Source: Vulcanisaeta sp. AZ3
GTDB lineage: Archaea; Thermoproteota; Thermoprotei; Thermoproteales; Thermocladiaceae
NCBI GenBank assembly: GCA_000960865.2
Contig: JZWU02000004.1
Span: 1 to 64,000, forward strand
Reading direction: 5' to 3'
Length of the DNA stretch: 64,000 nt
Position numbers and translations under genes: made by a program. Shown here one piece after another: positions 39,412 to 50,116 of the stretch. Below the pieces are notes generated by a model. The model saw nothing but the letters and a program-made list of their open reading frames with translations, was not told the DNA's origin and did no database searches. Every line of letters starts with the position of its first letter. The stretch's first letter is position 1.

Positions 39412-40263
39412 TCACTGAATACCCTTTCTCCTAAGGTCTCTCTCGAGGCTTGCGTATGAGGTCACCCCAAGTAGTAAATATATTATTACAGCAAGAACCA
39501 TACTAATTACCAGGGCAAGGTTTTCCTTACCCAAGATCTCCATATACATTGAATAGAAGGTCATGTACATAGGCAGGACGTAAACTAAATACTTAATCCA
39601 GAGGGGGAGTACATATGTCGGGTACGTAGTTCCAGAGAGTATTGTTAGGATCGGAGTTACTATATTCATTACTGAGTCCGCATCATTAAACCTCATGACT
39701 AAACCTGCTATTATTAATCCAATACCGTAAAGAGGCATTAAGCCTATAAAAAGCAGAAGCAACGCTAATATTAACCTCTCCATACTAATTAATCCATAGC
39801 TTAGGTAAAGTACTGGTAGGGATGCTATGGTAAAGGCCCCAATATCAACAATAACCATGGTTAAGGAAGTACCTAACAAAACCACATACATACCAGTCGA
39901 AGTCATAAGTAAGTATTCAAGCCTACCACCATTCCTCTCCTCTGCAAGAAATCTAGCCCCCGTCTGAACCATTATTAATGATAATATGAGAACTTCAAAA
40001 CCAAGGAATTCCCTAATAAATATTAAATCAGTAACCCTAGAAAAGAAGGATGCTATGAAAGCCATGCCACCAGCTATGAAATAAGGCATTATAATAAGCA
40101 ACACCAAACCACCAGGCTCTCTACTTATTATCCTAAGCTCATTAACCATAACGGCGTATAATACACTTAATTTACCTAACCTCACCGCTAACCACCCTAA
40201 CGAAGGCCTCCTCAAGGGAAGGCTCATTAACTCTAACCCTAACCACCTTAAATCCCCTGGCAT
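39412..40263 (-). CDS. ABC-2 type exporter permease (true start probably ~40149-40185)
   Basis: EERNGGRLEYLL, LSGTTYPTYVLPLW; ~6 TM. Confidence 0.88.
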   Translation of the reverse strand: MPGDLRWLGLELMSLPLRRPSLGWLAVRLGKLSVLYAVMVNELRIISREPGGLVLLIIMPYFIAGGMAFIASFFSRVTDLIFIREFLGFEVLILSLIMVQTGARFLAEERNGGRLEYLLMTSTGMYVVLLGTSLTMVIVDIGAFTIASLPVLYLSYGLISMERLILALLLLFIGLMPLYGIGLIIAGLVMRFNDADSVMNIVTPILTILSGTTYPTYVLPLWIKYLVYVLPMYMTFYSMYMEILGKENLALVISMVLAVIIYLLLGVTSYASLERDLRRKGIQ

Positions 40264-41107
40264 CAGCCTCGTTCATTAACCTACGGAGTGAACCAGCAGG
40301 ATCTGTAGTCTCCTCCTGTAGAGTTTCAACACGGCCATTGACTTGAACCTCGATCTCAACTAAGTACTTCAAACCAAGCGTGTCCTTTATGTCCTTTGGG
40401 GAACCCTCCACTATCATGGTTCCCTTACTTATTATACCAACGTAATCACATACCTCCTCAACCTCCCACAAGTTATGGCTAGTAAATAGTACGGCCTTAC
40501 CCTCCCTCTTCAATTCTCTCACTAACTGCCTTACTTCTCTAGCGGATATGGGATCTAACCCTATGGTTGGTTCATCTAAGAATAAGACGGGTGGATCATG
40601 GATCAATGCCTTGGCTATCGCCAACCTAGCTCTCATACCAAGACTATACTCCTCATAAGGCCTATTCATGGCATCCTCAAGACCCACAATCTTCAACAAC
40701 TCCCTAGCTCTAGCCTCGGCATCAACTCTATTGAGTCCGTATAATCTGCCGAAGTAAACCAGGTTTTCATATCCGCTTAACCTTGAGTAAAAACCCTTAT
40801 CGGGGTATAGGACGGCTCCTATTAATTTTCTCACAGTTTGTGCTTCTTTAACTACATCGTGGCCGTCAATCAACGCATAACCACCGTCTGGAATGAGAAG
40901 TGTGGTTAGTATTTTGACAGTCGTTGTTTTACCAGCTCCATTCGGGCCGAGAAGACCATAAACCTCACCCCATCTAACGTTAAAGCTCACATGCTTCAAT
41001 GCTTCAATCATGATCTTCCTCTTCTTAAGGAAGCCAATACGTTCATAACTAATGAATGATTTCCTGAGATTGTGGGCTTCAACAGCTATGCTCACTGGAA
41101 TCAGCAC
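40172..41107 (-). CDS. ABC exporter ATP-binding subunit (DrrA-like)
   Basis: GPNGAGKTT, YSLGM, LFLDEPTIGLD, SH switch. Confidence 0.95.
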   Translation of the reverse strand: MLIPVSIAVEAHNLRKSFISYERIGFLKKRKIMIEALKHVSFNVRWGEVYGLLGPNGAGKTTTVKILTTLLIPDGGYALIDGHDVVKEAQTVRKLIGAVLYPDKGFYSRLSGYENLVYFGRLYGLNRVDAEARARELLKIVGLEDAMNRPYEEYSLGMRARLAIAKALIHDPPVLFLDEPTIGLDPISAREVRQLVRELKREGKAVLFTSHNLWEVEEVCDYVGIISKGTMIVEGSPKDIKDTLGLKYLVEIEVQVNGRVETLQEETTDPAGSLRRLMNEADARGFKVVRVRVNEPSLEEAFVRVVSGEVR

Positions 41108-41206
41108 GTTAATGCTCAGACTTTTTAATAAGGTTTAATCATGCACCAATAACTTAACTACTCTTAATGGAAAGGTTTATTAATAGTTATAGTTTACGGG
41201 TGTTGA

Positions 41207-41719
41207 ATGAAGATACCTTTCTGCACCTTCTGCGTTAAGACCAGGGTATTTTGCAACAAGTGCCAATCCCTCCTAGACAGCGGAGAGTACTCTATGCTGG
41301 ATGTTGATGTAAGCGACGCCCTACTGAACATAGCCACAGGGAAGATGGAGGAGACCTTGAGGAATGTGGAGTATGTAAAATCCTACGAAATTGGCAATCT
41401 AGTAATAGTAGTGCTTAGAGGTATAAGGGCGCTACCACGATCGATCATACAACAAGTTGAGTACGAGTTAGAAAGAGCCTTGAATAAAAAGGTGAGAGTT
41501 GTTGAGAAAGGGGTCAATGTTAACGAGCTTGCATCACAATTAGCATCGCCAGCTCGCATATTGACAACATCAACATCTTGGCTCCCTGATGGCACTACAG
41601 AAACCATAGTCAGGATAACTAGGGGTGAGCTTAAGAGATTGCCATTTAAACCAAGTGAGCTGGCCAGAATCCTTAGTCAAATTAGCGGCACAAATATTAG
41701 GGTTGAGATAACGAAATAA
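41207..41719 (+). CDS. NusA paralogue (NusA2-like) with N-terminal Zn finger and KH-like domains
   Basis: PFCTFCVKTRVFCNKC, LNKKVRVVE, WLPDG. Confidence 0.75.
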   Translation: MKIPFCTFCVKTRVFCNKCQSLLDSGEYSMLDVDVSDALLNIATGKMEETLRNVEYVKSYEIGNLVIVVLRGIRALPRSIIQQVEYELERALNKKVRVVEKGVNVNELASQLASPARILTTSTSWLPDGTTETIVRITRGELKRLPFKPSELARILSQISGTNIRVEITK

Positions 41720-41758
41720 TAGCAATTCTTAAATTCTCCTCAGCCTTAATGAGCTATC

Positions 41759-43060
41759 GTGAGCTTTCCTCGAAAGACCCACTGGACTAAGGATGTAACG
41801 CCCGAGCTAGATGGCAGAGAAGTGGTCTTGGCAGGCTGGGTTTGGGATATTAGGGATATCGGCAGCATAAAGTTCATCCTTCTCAGGGACAGGGAGGGTA
41901 TGGTACAACTCACGATAAAGAAGAGTATGGTATCGAATGATGTTTGGTCAGTAGTATCGACATTGAATAGGGAAGACGCTATAGTGATTAGAGGAGTTGT
42001 TAAGGCGAGTAAGATAGCTAAGGTTGGTGTAGAGGTATTTCCAAGCGAAGTTTATGTGGTGGCGAGGTCTAAGTCTCTACCTATCGATATATGGGGCAAT
42101 GTAGAGACTGACATGGACACCAGGTTGAAGTTTAGGCCTATAGACCTCAAGAGACCCGTTAACTCATTAATATTTAGGGTTGAGAGTGAGGTTGTTCATG
42201 TAATCAGAGATACGCTTCGCAGCCATGGATTTATTGAGGTATTTACGCCGAAAATCATCGTGACAAGCACTGAGGGTGGTGCGGAGTTATTCACAGTCCA
42301 ATACTTCGAGAGAGTGGCTTACTTAGCACAAAGTCCCCAGTTGTATAAAGAGGAATTAACGGCAAGTTTAGAGAGAGTGTTTGAGATAGCACCAGCATAC
42401 AGGGCTGAAAAGCACAACACGAATTACCACCTTAATGAATTCATATCTGTGGATATGGAAGAGGCTTTTGCGAATTATAATGATGTAATGAATATACTAG
42501 AGGACGTAATTATTAACGTATATGATGGAATTATGAGAGTATTTAATAACGAACTTAGTAAGTATGGTATAAAGATTAAGGTGCCCAAGAGACCCTTCAG
42601 GAGGATAACATATGATGAAGCCTTGGAAATGCTTAGCAAGAAAGGATTGAAGATTAATTGGGGTGAGGATGTGCCCAAGAACGGTATGGAAATGCTCAGC
42701 GAAGAACTCGGCGAACCCTTCTTCATAATTCACTTTCCCACAGACATAAGGGCATTCTACACAAAGCCTCTCGACAGTGATCCAAGGATAAGCGAATCCT
42801 TCGACCTAGTAATTAATGGCCTAGAGATTGCATCAGGGAGTAGTAGAATTCATGTTAAGGAACAATTGATAGATGCATTGAGAAAGAGAGACTTGGATCC
42901 GAAGAACTTCGAGAACCATCTAATGATTTACGACTACGGAATGCCACCCCACGCAGGCTGGGGCATGGGACTCTACAGGCTGATGATGGTATTACTAGGG
43001 AGAGAGAATATCCGTGAGGTTGTACTTTACCCAAGGGATAGGTTCAGGTTAGAGCCATAA
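41759..43060 (+). CDS. aspS: Aspartyl-tRNA synthetase
   Basis: FILLRDREG, TEGGAELF, LAQSPQLYK, YRAEKH, GMPPHAGWGMG, YPRDRFRL. Confidence 0.97.
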   Translation: MSFPRKTHWTKDVTPELDGREVVLAGWVWDIRDIGSIKFILLRDREGMVQLTIKKSMVSNDVWSVVSTLNREDAIVIRGVVKASKIAKVGVEVFPSEVYVVARSKSLPIDIWGNVETDMDTRLKFRPIDLKRPVNSLIFRVESEVVHVIRDTLRSHGFIEVFTPKIIVTSTEGGAELFTVQYFERVAYLAQSPQLYKEELTASLERVFEIAPAYRAEKHNTNYHLNEFISVDMEEAFANYNDVMNILEDVIINVYDGIMRVFNNELSKYGIKIKVPKRPFRRITYDEALEMLSKKGLKINWGEDVPKNGMEMLSEELGEPFFIIHFPTDIRAFYTKPLDSDPRISESFDLVINGLEIASGSSRIHVKEQLIDALRKRDLDPKNFENHLMIYDYGMPPHAGWGMGLYRLMMVLLGRENIREVVLYPRDRFRLEP

Positions 43061-43420
43061 TAATATTTATAGAGTTAATCTCTAAGTTGTTTACTTTTGA
43101 CATTTAGTATCAATCTCTACCGCAGTGTTCAGCCCAACCATACTCAAAGCCTTTATATTCTCCTACATAACCCCCATAGCTTCAGTGCCTCAGAGCTTTA
43201 CAAGACCTAACCTGTACCGTGTAAAACTCCAAGCATCCTTACTTTCGGTTAGTGAGCCACATGGCTTAGTCTCCAGGACAAGTGGGACATAGACTTTAGA
43301 TGTATTTACTTTTAACTTAAATGAAGTTCTAACTAAACTTTATCAGTTCTTTCTAACCTGTAGAATTGAGATTGCATGGATAGCATTTGTGGTACTTGCA
43401 GCCGTAACTGTCTCATATTC

Positions 43421-44738
43421 ATGGGAAAAAGACGGAATACTAAACGTGATGTAGCTAGAGTTAGTGATTGTAGTATTATAGTAGCTGTTGTTGGTCAGCC
43501 ATCTGCCGGTAAGTCCACCTTCTTTACCCATTTGCAGTATTTCTAGTCGCATTTACCATTAACACGGGTTTTCCGCTGAATGTAATTCTAAGTTATCTAG
43601 GCTTTGGGGGAGCAGCTGGGGTTCTAGAGACATATAGTCTAAAGTGGACTAGTAGCGGAGGCGTTCTCAATTCTCGGAGAGATTATTAAAAACTATCTTG
43701 GAGGGAGCTGGATCGCTGCCCTCTTAAGTGATGGGATCATTGCTGGAGTAGGACTAGTGCTTAGCTTCGCGCCGCTGGTACTCGTAGTATCTGCAGCAAT
43801 AGCCGTACTTGAGGATAGTGGTTTAGGGCCTAGGATGGCTACATCTCTTCACAATCTCTTTTCAGCTTTCGGTCTCTCTGGCAGATCTCTCTATCCGCTG
43901 GTGTTAGGTTTTGGATGTAACGTTCCGGCAGCCATTCAGTCCAGGATTTCTATAGATAATACCGAGAGGTTTGAGGTCCTAGCATCAGTACCGTTTGTTA
44001 TATGTCAAGCTAGGCTTATGGTTATGATGTACTTCATTCAAGCCCTACTACCTGGTAGGCCCTTGCTTCAAGCAGCTCTAATGCTATCCATTTACGTAGT
44101 CTCAATAATTCTCTACCTACTAACAGCTAAGCTAGTTCGCAGGGTCCTTAGAGTTAGAGAACCTCCAGAGCTGGTGACGGAGATACCCCTTACATAGGGT
44201 AAGTTCTAGAGTTGTTTGGTGGAACTCTTGGTTTATGACTAGACACTTCCTTGTGAAAGCTGGGGTAATAGTATTCGGAATGGTTCTATTGAGCTGGTTT
44301 TTAATATCCTTTGGGCCCTCAGGACCTGTCAGGAATCCCGCTGAATCATGTGCAGCCCTAGCAGGCTCGTACATTGGTAGGGCGCTAACCTACCTCTACG
44401 GTATTAGCGTAGAGTCTGCATGGAAAATCGGCTATGCCCTAATCTACGGTAGTATAGCTAAGGAGGGTCTCATTACATCCATAGCTCAACTCTCGGCTGT
44501 TGAAGAGAAAGAAGCAGTGGAGGCTCTTGAACTAACCCTTCCACAAGCAATGTCTCTCCTAGTCTTCTTTATGTATTACATACCGTGTATAGCAACGATA
44601 GCTGTAATATATAGGGAGCAAGAGCGCCAAGTTTACTTTAACGGTAGTAGCGTACGAAGTCACTGTAGCTACAGTTCTCTCATACCTATCTTACGTACCT
44701 CTCTCAATGCTATATCCTTAGCTATACAACTAGTCTAA
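43421..44738 (+). pseudogene. feoB: Decayed ferrous iron transporter FeoB
   Basis: MGKRR..IVAVVGQPSAGKSTFF (G1 motif) then jumps to membrane domain; LEDSG..RMA, LGFGCNVPA, ICQARL, IAKEG, YIPCIAT; frameshifts near 43640, 44190, 44618. Confidence 0.85.
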
Positions 44739-44771
44739 TTATGTGTGCACGCCAGGCAGGGATTGGTCAGC

Positions 44772-44992
44772 CTATGTTCTCTTAACTAAGATCTTGGAAG
44801 CCACACCTCTACTAAGGGCAATGGCAGCTCCTCTAACTCTAACGAGAACATGGCCTCTACTATTGGATAGCACCTCAATCTGAGAACCAGGGAATATACC
44901 CATCCGCTCTAGCCTAGCCCTAAGCCCCAACCAGCGTCTATCTCAATTACTTCAACATTCTCTCCAGCGACGACCTTGCTTAACGTGGTCAT
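44772..44992 (-). pseudogene. feoA: FeoA, frameshifted
   Basis: MTTLSKVVAGENVEVIEIDAGW, then in another frame GLRARLERMGIFPGSQIEVL...VRGAAIALSRGVASKILV; one G missing from the G4 run at ~44925. Confidence 0.8.
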
Positions 44993-45037
44993 GTTAAGTC
45001 TATATGCGTTAGGGATGATTTAAGCTTCACGCATTAG

Positions 45038-46048
45038 CTATATTACCTTCCTCCTGCCCAACATTACTATTACAGACCTGAGACGATGCCTAGGCATAAT
45101 CTCTCCAGTCAAATAATTATGAATATCTTGACCCTTAGTAATGAATACTTCACTAATATTCTCATTGTAAGTACTTGTTAAGGTTAATCCACGATGTATA
45201 TTCATGGGCGTCCCGACGCTTGTTGATAATATTGACGTAATTAGTAATATCCATGCAATTGGATTAGTGGGGAGTTGCTGGAATGGTATTGAGGCAAATA
45301 TTGAGCTGGCTATCTCTACCGAGGTGGTTAATGAAGTCTCAGTGGGGCCTATCATCCTTATCGATATGGCGTATAACGTGTATGGAATAACATTACCCAC
45401 CAGAGCAAGTAGTATTGGGTAATAAACGTAGGATACACTTAAGTATGTAATACTGGGTATACGATTTATCATTACGAGCGAGATTAATAGAGTACCTATG
45501 AATTGGCCAAATACTAGGTTTAGGGTATCTACATCATTGATTCTATCTAATACTATAGCATATAATAAGTTAAGGACCATGAGTAATAATGCGAGATCTA
45601 CTGAGTCGGCATAACCCTGAAATAAGAGATATAGACTGCCCAACAGAGTTAATGCAGAGACCACATGCCTAATATTAACGGAGCCCTCACGGAAATAATC
45701 AAGAATTATTAAAGGAACCACATAACCAGAGCTTATTAAAGCCGTTAACCCACCCATATATTCAGCCACCTTGATATATAGGTATGAGAGAGCATAATTA
45801 ATCGGCGATATTAATAGACCCATCAATATCGACCTACCGTCATATCCCCACACTACTAACGCCACCATTAGTAATACTACAGAAAAGAGATAAGTTAACA
45901 TAAGCAGTTGTCCAACACCATACAGCCTAAGGGCTAGATAAGTAATGGGATACGAGACTCCCCACAGAGCCGAGGCTATGAGTGCCAATGTCAGGTAGCG
46001 ATTAGTCATGAAAACCACCAAATTCGTGAGAACTATATTACTTAACAA
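45038..46048 (-). CDS. EamA/DMT family transporter (start likely ~46009)
   Basis: LWGVSYP, ~10 TM, IGPTETSLTTSVE. Confidence 0.82.
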   Translation of the reverse strand: MLSNIVLTNLVVFMTNRYLTLALIASALWGVSYPITYLALRLYGVGQLLMLTYLFSVVLLMVALVVWGYDGRSILMGLLISPINYALSYLYIKVAEYMGGLTALISSGYVVPLIILDYFREGSVNIRHVVSALTLLGSLYLLFQGYADSVDLALLLMVLNLLYAIVLDRINDVDTLNLVFGQFIGTLLISLVMINRIPSITYLSVSYVYYPILLALVGNVIPYTLYAISIRMIGPTETSLTTSVEIASSIFASIPFQQLPTNPIAWILLITSILSTSVGTPMNIHRGLTLTSTYNENISEVFITKGQDIHNYLTGEIMPRHRLRSVIVMLGRRKVI

Positions 46049-46173
46049 TAAGACATTAGTTCTTCTGTATTAAAAATCTTTCTTAGATATTTTTAAGCAA
46101 ATTATGGCTGTTATTACGGTTGTTTAATGAATGGTAAATTTTGATATTTTTGAATATTTTTCTAGCATCATGA

Positions 46174-47520
46174 TTATTTACCAGCAGCTTCGTCCAATGC
46201 ACTTACATGTAATCCTCTTGTTTCCACACCAAATGCATACCAAGCTACGGCTGCTGCAACACCTATAGCATAAAGTACTAGGACCGAGAGTAGATATATG
46301 TAAGTACTGGCCGTAGCTAATAAGTAGTATATTAGGAATACATAAAATGCCCAAGCAATAAATCTCACTAGACCTACCCAGGTAGCCCTAACCTTCGTTG
46401 GGAACAGTTCAGGTTCTAACATTGTTCTCACAGCCCAACCAAACTCGCTAAATACCATGTTTAGGAAAAGGAGTAGGTAAAAGACAATTAACGAAGAGCT
46501 TATGTTGGTGAGCATTAAGCCATAGATTAGGAATATCGGCACCATGGTCACTAAACCGCCTATGTATGAGAAGAGGGTGAAAGATCTCCTACTAATTCTA
46601 TCAATTACCAAACCAATTAATCCAGCCAGCGAAGCGCCAACGTTGGCCCAAAGAAGTACTTGTGTAGCCAATTCCTCATTGTTTGAGAAGGGTAATGATG
46701 GTAAGTATATTATGTAATAGGCCATTAAACCGTACGTGACTATTTGTGCAATGCCTATCAATGATAGGAATAACACTCTAAACCAGGCGGGCGGGAACCT
46801 AGTAATTTCTGTTCCTCCCTCATCAGTTAATGTATATGTTAGTCCTTCCTTCTCAGCAATCCTCTTAGCCACATCGCCTCTACCCCTAATTAATAACCAC
46901 CTTATTGATTCAGGTATTACCAATCTTATAATTATAGCTACCATTATCACCACTAAGGCAGAGCCAATCATAGTCCAAATGGCCGACACTGGTGTGCCCA
47001 TAAGTAGAGCCATGAGAAGTATTGCGGCAGCAATAGCAGCTCCAATATTATCAAAATTCGTAATTAACACTAACATGGAACCCCTATAATTGGGCGGCAT
47101 TAACTCAGTTGCAGCAGCTAGGGCTGGCGGTTCTTCACCACCAACACCAAGTTCTGCAAGGGCGTATGATACTAGGAATATTGTGAATGCGGTCATTATT
47201 GGCATGGTCTTTGTTAATAACAGTGATATCGCCATACCTACTAGTCCTATTGCGTATAGGCTCATTGTGTATGCATATATGCCTCTTCTACCGACGATAT
47301 CGGCTAACCTACCCATTAATGTATTACCAATCATTAGAAATATTGGTCCTAAGGCTGCAGAAATTGGTAGCAAGAACCTTGGTATATATTTAGAGAAGTA
47401 ATCTAAGGTCATCACACCACTTGTACCAACAAAGCCCCATATTAGGAACGTTAAGGAGTAACTAAGGAACATCATATAATGTATTCTCGACAATCTAAAC
47501 TTTGGCGTCACTTTTGCCAT
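46174..47520 (-). CDS. MFS transporter (sugar/aromatic acid porter-like)
   Basis: GRLADIVGRR, GVGGE, ELMPPNYRG, PESIRWL, ELFPTKVRA, ETRG. Confidence 0.92.
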   Translation of the reverse strand: MAKVTPKFRLSRIHYMMFLSYSLTFLIWGFVGTSGVMTLDYFSKYIPRFLLPISAALGPIFLMIGNTLMGRLADIVGRRGIYAYTMSLYAIGLVGMAISLLLTKTMPIMTAFTIFLVSYALAELGVGGEEPPALAAATELMPPNYRGSMLVLITNFDNIGAAIAAAILLMALLMGTPVSAIWTMIGSALVVIMVAIIIRLVIPESIRWLLIRGRGDVAKRIAEKEGLTYTLTDEGGTEITRFPPAWFRVLFLSLIGIAQIVTYGLMAYYIIYLPSLPFSNNEELATQVLLWANVGASLAGLIGLVIDRISRRSFTLFSYIGGLVTMVPIFLIYGLMLTNISSSLIVFYLLLFLNMVFSEFGWAVRTMLEPELFPTKVRATWVGLVRFIAWAFYVFLIYYLLATASTYIYLLSVLVLYAIGVAAAVAWYAFGVETRGLHVSALDEAAGK

Positions 47521-47538
47521 ACCGTAATCAACCTGTTA

Positions 47539-47578
47539 TTATGCGATAATAACCTATTTATAAGGCTTATGCGATAAT
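47539..47578. promoter_or_regulatory. Two TTATGCGATAAT repeats flanking the MFS gene TATA box
   Basis: Identical 12-mers at 47539-47550 and 47567-47578 around TTATAAATA (minus strand). Confidence 0.6.
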
Positions 47579-47660
47579 CTAATAAGTTCTCTGTTCCAAA
47601 GGTATTGCACGGCGATGAGGACGTTATTAATTAAGGCGATATATAAGGCGTTTCGTTATA

Positions 47661-48317
47661 TTACTCTTCAGACTCTTGTGGTATCTCTATGTTCAGTTTC
47701 TTAAACCATTTCGCGTAATAATCCTTAATTTTACCTTTAACTTCCTCAAGGTGCTTAGGCAAATCGGCAGGATCTAAACCCTTAGCTAAGTATTGGGAGA
47801 AACGTGCCTTATATAGCGTCTCATTCTCATTCTTTAGCCTCTCGGCATACTCAGCTATGTGCTTACCAACTAATCTATCCTCATCAGGCAGAATTTCCTC
47901 GCCATGAGGCACCTCAAGACCAGCATCTACGGCACCTTTTAACACAGCGAACACTCTAGAGCCCTTGATAGGCCTATGGAGTCCTATGTCGAGTACAGCC
48001 TTTTTAATACCTTTAAGTAACGCCTTATAACCAATCATCAGGCCAACGAGGTAAGCACTTGGTATATTCTTCATACTGCCCTTCCAACCAAAGTCTAGCA
48101 GCTCTTTTGATGAGGCGCTCACAATAACTTCGTCACCAGGAACCTTGGCGATAATTATCTGCGCAGTTACGTACTTATTACTCCTCCTGACAACAAGTCT
48201 TGGCAATCCGCTCTTAATCATTTCCCTACGTTTATAATAACTCGTCTTACCCTCACTGCGTCTCCTAAACTTAACCTTATAACGCCCACTCCTCGCCATG
48301 GATTCTCGCAAAGCCAA
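47661..48317 (-). CDS. rpl18: 50S ribosomal protein L18 (uL18); start likely 48299
   Basis: [36 protein letters not shown]. Confidence 0.96.
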   Translation of the reverse strand: MALRESMARSGRYKVKFRRRSEGKTSYYKRREMIKSGLPRLVVRRSNKYVTAQIIIAKVPGDEVIVSASSKELLDFGWKGSMKNIPSAYLVGLMIGYKALLKGIKKAVLDIGLHRPIKGSRVFAVLKGAVDAGLEVPHGEEILPDEDRLVGKHIAEYAERLKNENETLYKARFSQYLAKGLDPADLPKHLEEVKGKIKDYYAKWFKKLNIEIPQESEE

Positions 48318-48378
48318 TGGTATAGTCGCTTAATAAGTATTTCTGAAGGTTTATCGGTAAATTGAGGTGCTGTTACTG

Positions 48379-48825
48379 TTACTGTTTAATTATATTATTA
48401 TTTATAAGGTATGTTCTAAGCGAGGCCACACTATCAAATCTGCCACCCTTAACCTCTAGGTAAAGTTCTCTCCAAGTCTTAGTGTCGATTAACCCCCTTT
48501 TCTTCAATGAATTTAGATACCTCCTCAATGCCCTAATCCTTCTCACCCAATTCTCCTTTGGATCAAGCCTAGCGTACTTAGAACCCCTCCTACTGCCAAC
48601 TCCTCTTCCTCTACCCTTCCTTTTCTTCTCATGATACTCACGCCACCTACCCCTACTTACGCCTCTTTCGTACACGGCATATATCAAGCCTTCCTTAACT
48701 AAAGCCCTAACATCAGCCTTAGTAGTAACCTCCTCAAGCCTATCAATAGCCTCAGGGCTAATTCTAACTCTGGATTCACCAGCACCAAGAACATCAGCGG
48801 CAAGTCTCCTAACGTCAACCATCAA
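48379..48825 (-). CDS. rpl19e: 50S ribosomal protein L19e
   Basis: RRLAADVLGAGESRV, GRGRGVGSRRG, WVRRIRALRR. Confidence 0.96.
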   Translation of the reverse strand: MMVDVRRLAADVLGAGESRVRISPEAIDRLEEVTTKADVRALVKEGLIYAVYERGVSRGRWREYHEKKRKGRGRGVGSRRGSKYARLDPKENWVRRIRALRRYLNSLKKRGLIDTKTWRELYLEVKGGRFDSVASLRTYLINNNIIKQ

Positions 48826-49170
48826 GACGCATCAACAAAAAAGCTATTTAAGCATTTGGTCCCATCATCAGTCGTGTTCTAGTGAGCTTATTTTCCTTAA
48901 TTATTGGTTAATCCCAGTGTAATTAGTGTCACGTGATTGGGCAGGATAACCCATAGGGATTTAGGTTTAGTTCATGGGAATTTCATGCCGATAAAGGTAA
49001 ATAAGTACGAATGCAGTTGAGGTGCTAAACTCTGGGTATCCGTAAATGTCACGAACGTTAATTCAAAACAACCTAATTAACTTAGGTGGCCTCTAATTGT
49101 GTTCGTTAGTTCTAATAATAAATTCGCTGTTCTTTTTACTTATTGTTTATCATAATTTATCATAATTAAA

Positions 49171-50049
49171 TTAGAGAGGATTAGCCTCGTACTTACCATC
49201 TGGGTAAATAATAGCCCTGGCCCTTCTTGTGGCCCAGCAGGAGAAGACTATTCCTACGGCAAAGGTAGCTGGGTGCCTATAGGCGTATTCTATGTGGACA
49301 TCAAGTGCGGTCACCTTACCGCCGGTACCATGAGCACCGATGCCAAGCTTATTGATTGCTTCGAGCAAGGCGTCTTCAATTTTCGCAATACCTGGGTTAC
49401 TATTCCTAGAACCAACGGGTCTTAAAACCGCTGCCTTCTTTGCAAGCTTAGCCGCCACGTCTAAGTTGGGTCCAATGCCTATGCCAACTATAACTGGTGG
49501 GCAGGGCATGGGTCCTGCGTCAATAACAGCATTAAGAACTAACTCTGGCAGTCTTTCCCATGCATTTCCTGGTGGTATAACAAAGGCCTTACTCGGTAAT
49601 TCAGTACCGCCACCTTTAGGCGTATATATCATTTCTAAGTAATTGCCATCAAATAACTCAACATCAAATACTGGTATGCCTATGCCTGTATTATCACCAC
49701 TATTCTTCTCTGTTAATGGATCAACAGAGTTTGATCTTAAGGGCAATTCCTTAGTTACCTCTTTAACAGCCTCTGTGAGTATTGAGAATAACTTACTTCT
49801 TATTGGGAATCCATCACCCAGTCTTATAAAGAAGGTTGGTACACCAGTGTCCTGGCATACTGCAGAATTCGTCTTTACCGCTAGTTCCACGTTTGTTAAT
49901 ATTGCATTCAACTGAACCTTACTTGGTTCGTGAACCTCGATTTTAACTGCATTCCTTAATGCATTAACTACGTCATCTGCCGGGGACACACTTGCCATTC
50001 TAATGATGGTCTTCGCGGCCTCCTTAACAACCTCTTCTAGGCTCGGCAT
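49171..50049 (-). CDS. Class I fumarate hydratase / tartrate dehydratase alpha subunit
   Basis: CQDTG, PKGGGTE, PCPP, GIGAHGTGG, SCWATRR. Confidence 0.92.
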   Translation of the reverse strand: MPSLEEVVKEAAKTIIRMASVSPADDVVNALRNAVKIEVHEPSKVQLNAILTNVELAVKTNSAVCQDTGVPTFFIRLGDGFPIRSKLFSILTEAVKEVTKELPLRSNSVDPLTEKNSGDNTGIGIPVFDVELFDGNYLEMIYTPKGGGTELPSKAFVIPPGNAWERLPELVLNAVIDAGPMPCPPVIVGIGIGPNLDVAAKLAKKAAVLRPVGSRNSNPGIAKIEDALLEAINKLGIGAHGTGGKVTALDVHIEYAYRHPATFAVGIVFSCWATRRARAIIYPDGKYEANPL

Positions 50050-50116
50050 AACCTATCTAGCCCCTCCTCTATATTAAAAGTCTTGCTGTGAGACCTCAGT
50101 TGTGAATAATTAGGAA

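Noticed and set aside
43343-43552. 69-aa minus-strand ORF as a real gene
   Set aside because: Antisense to the feoB N-terminal remnant
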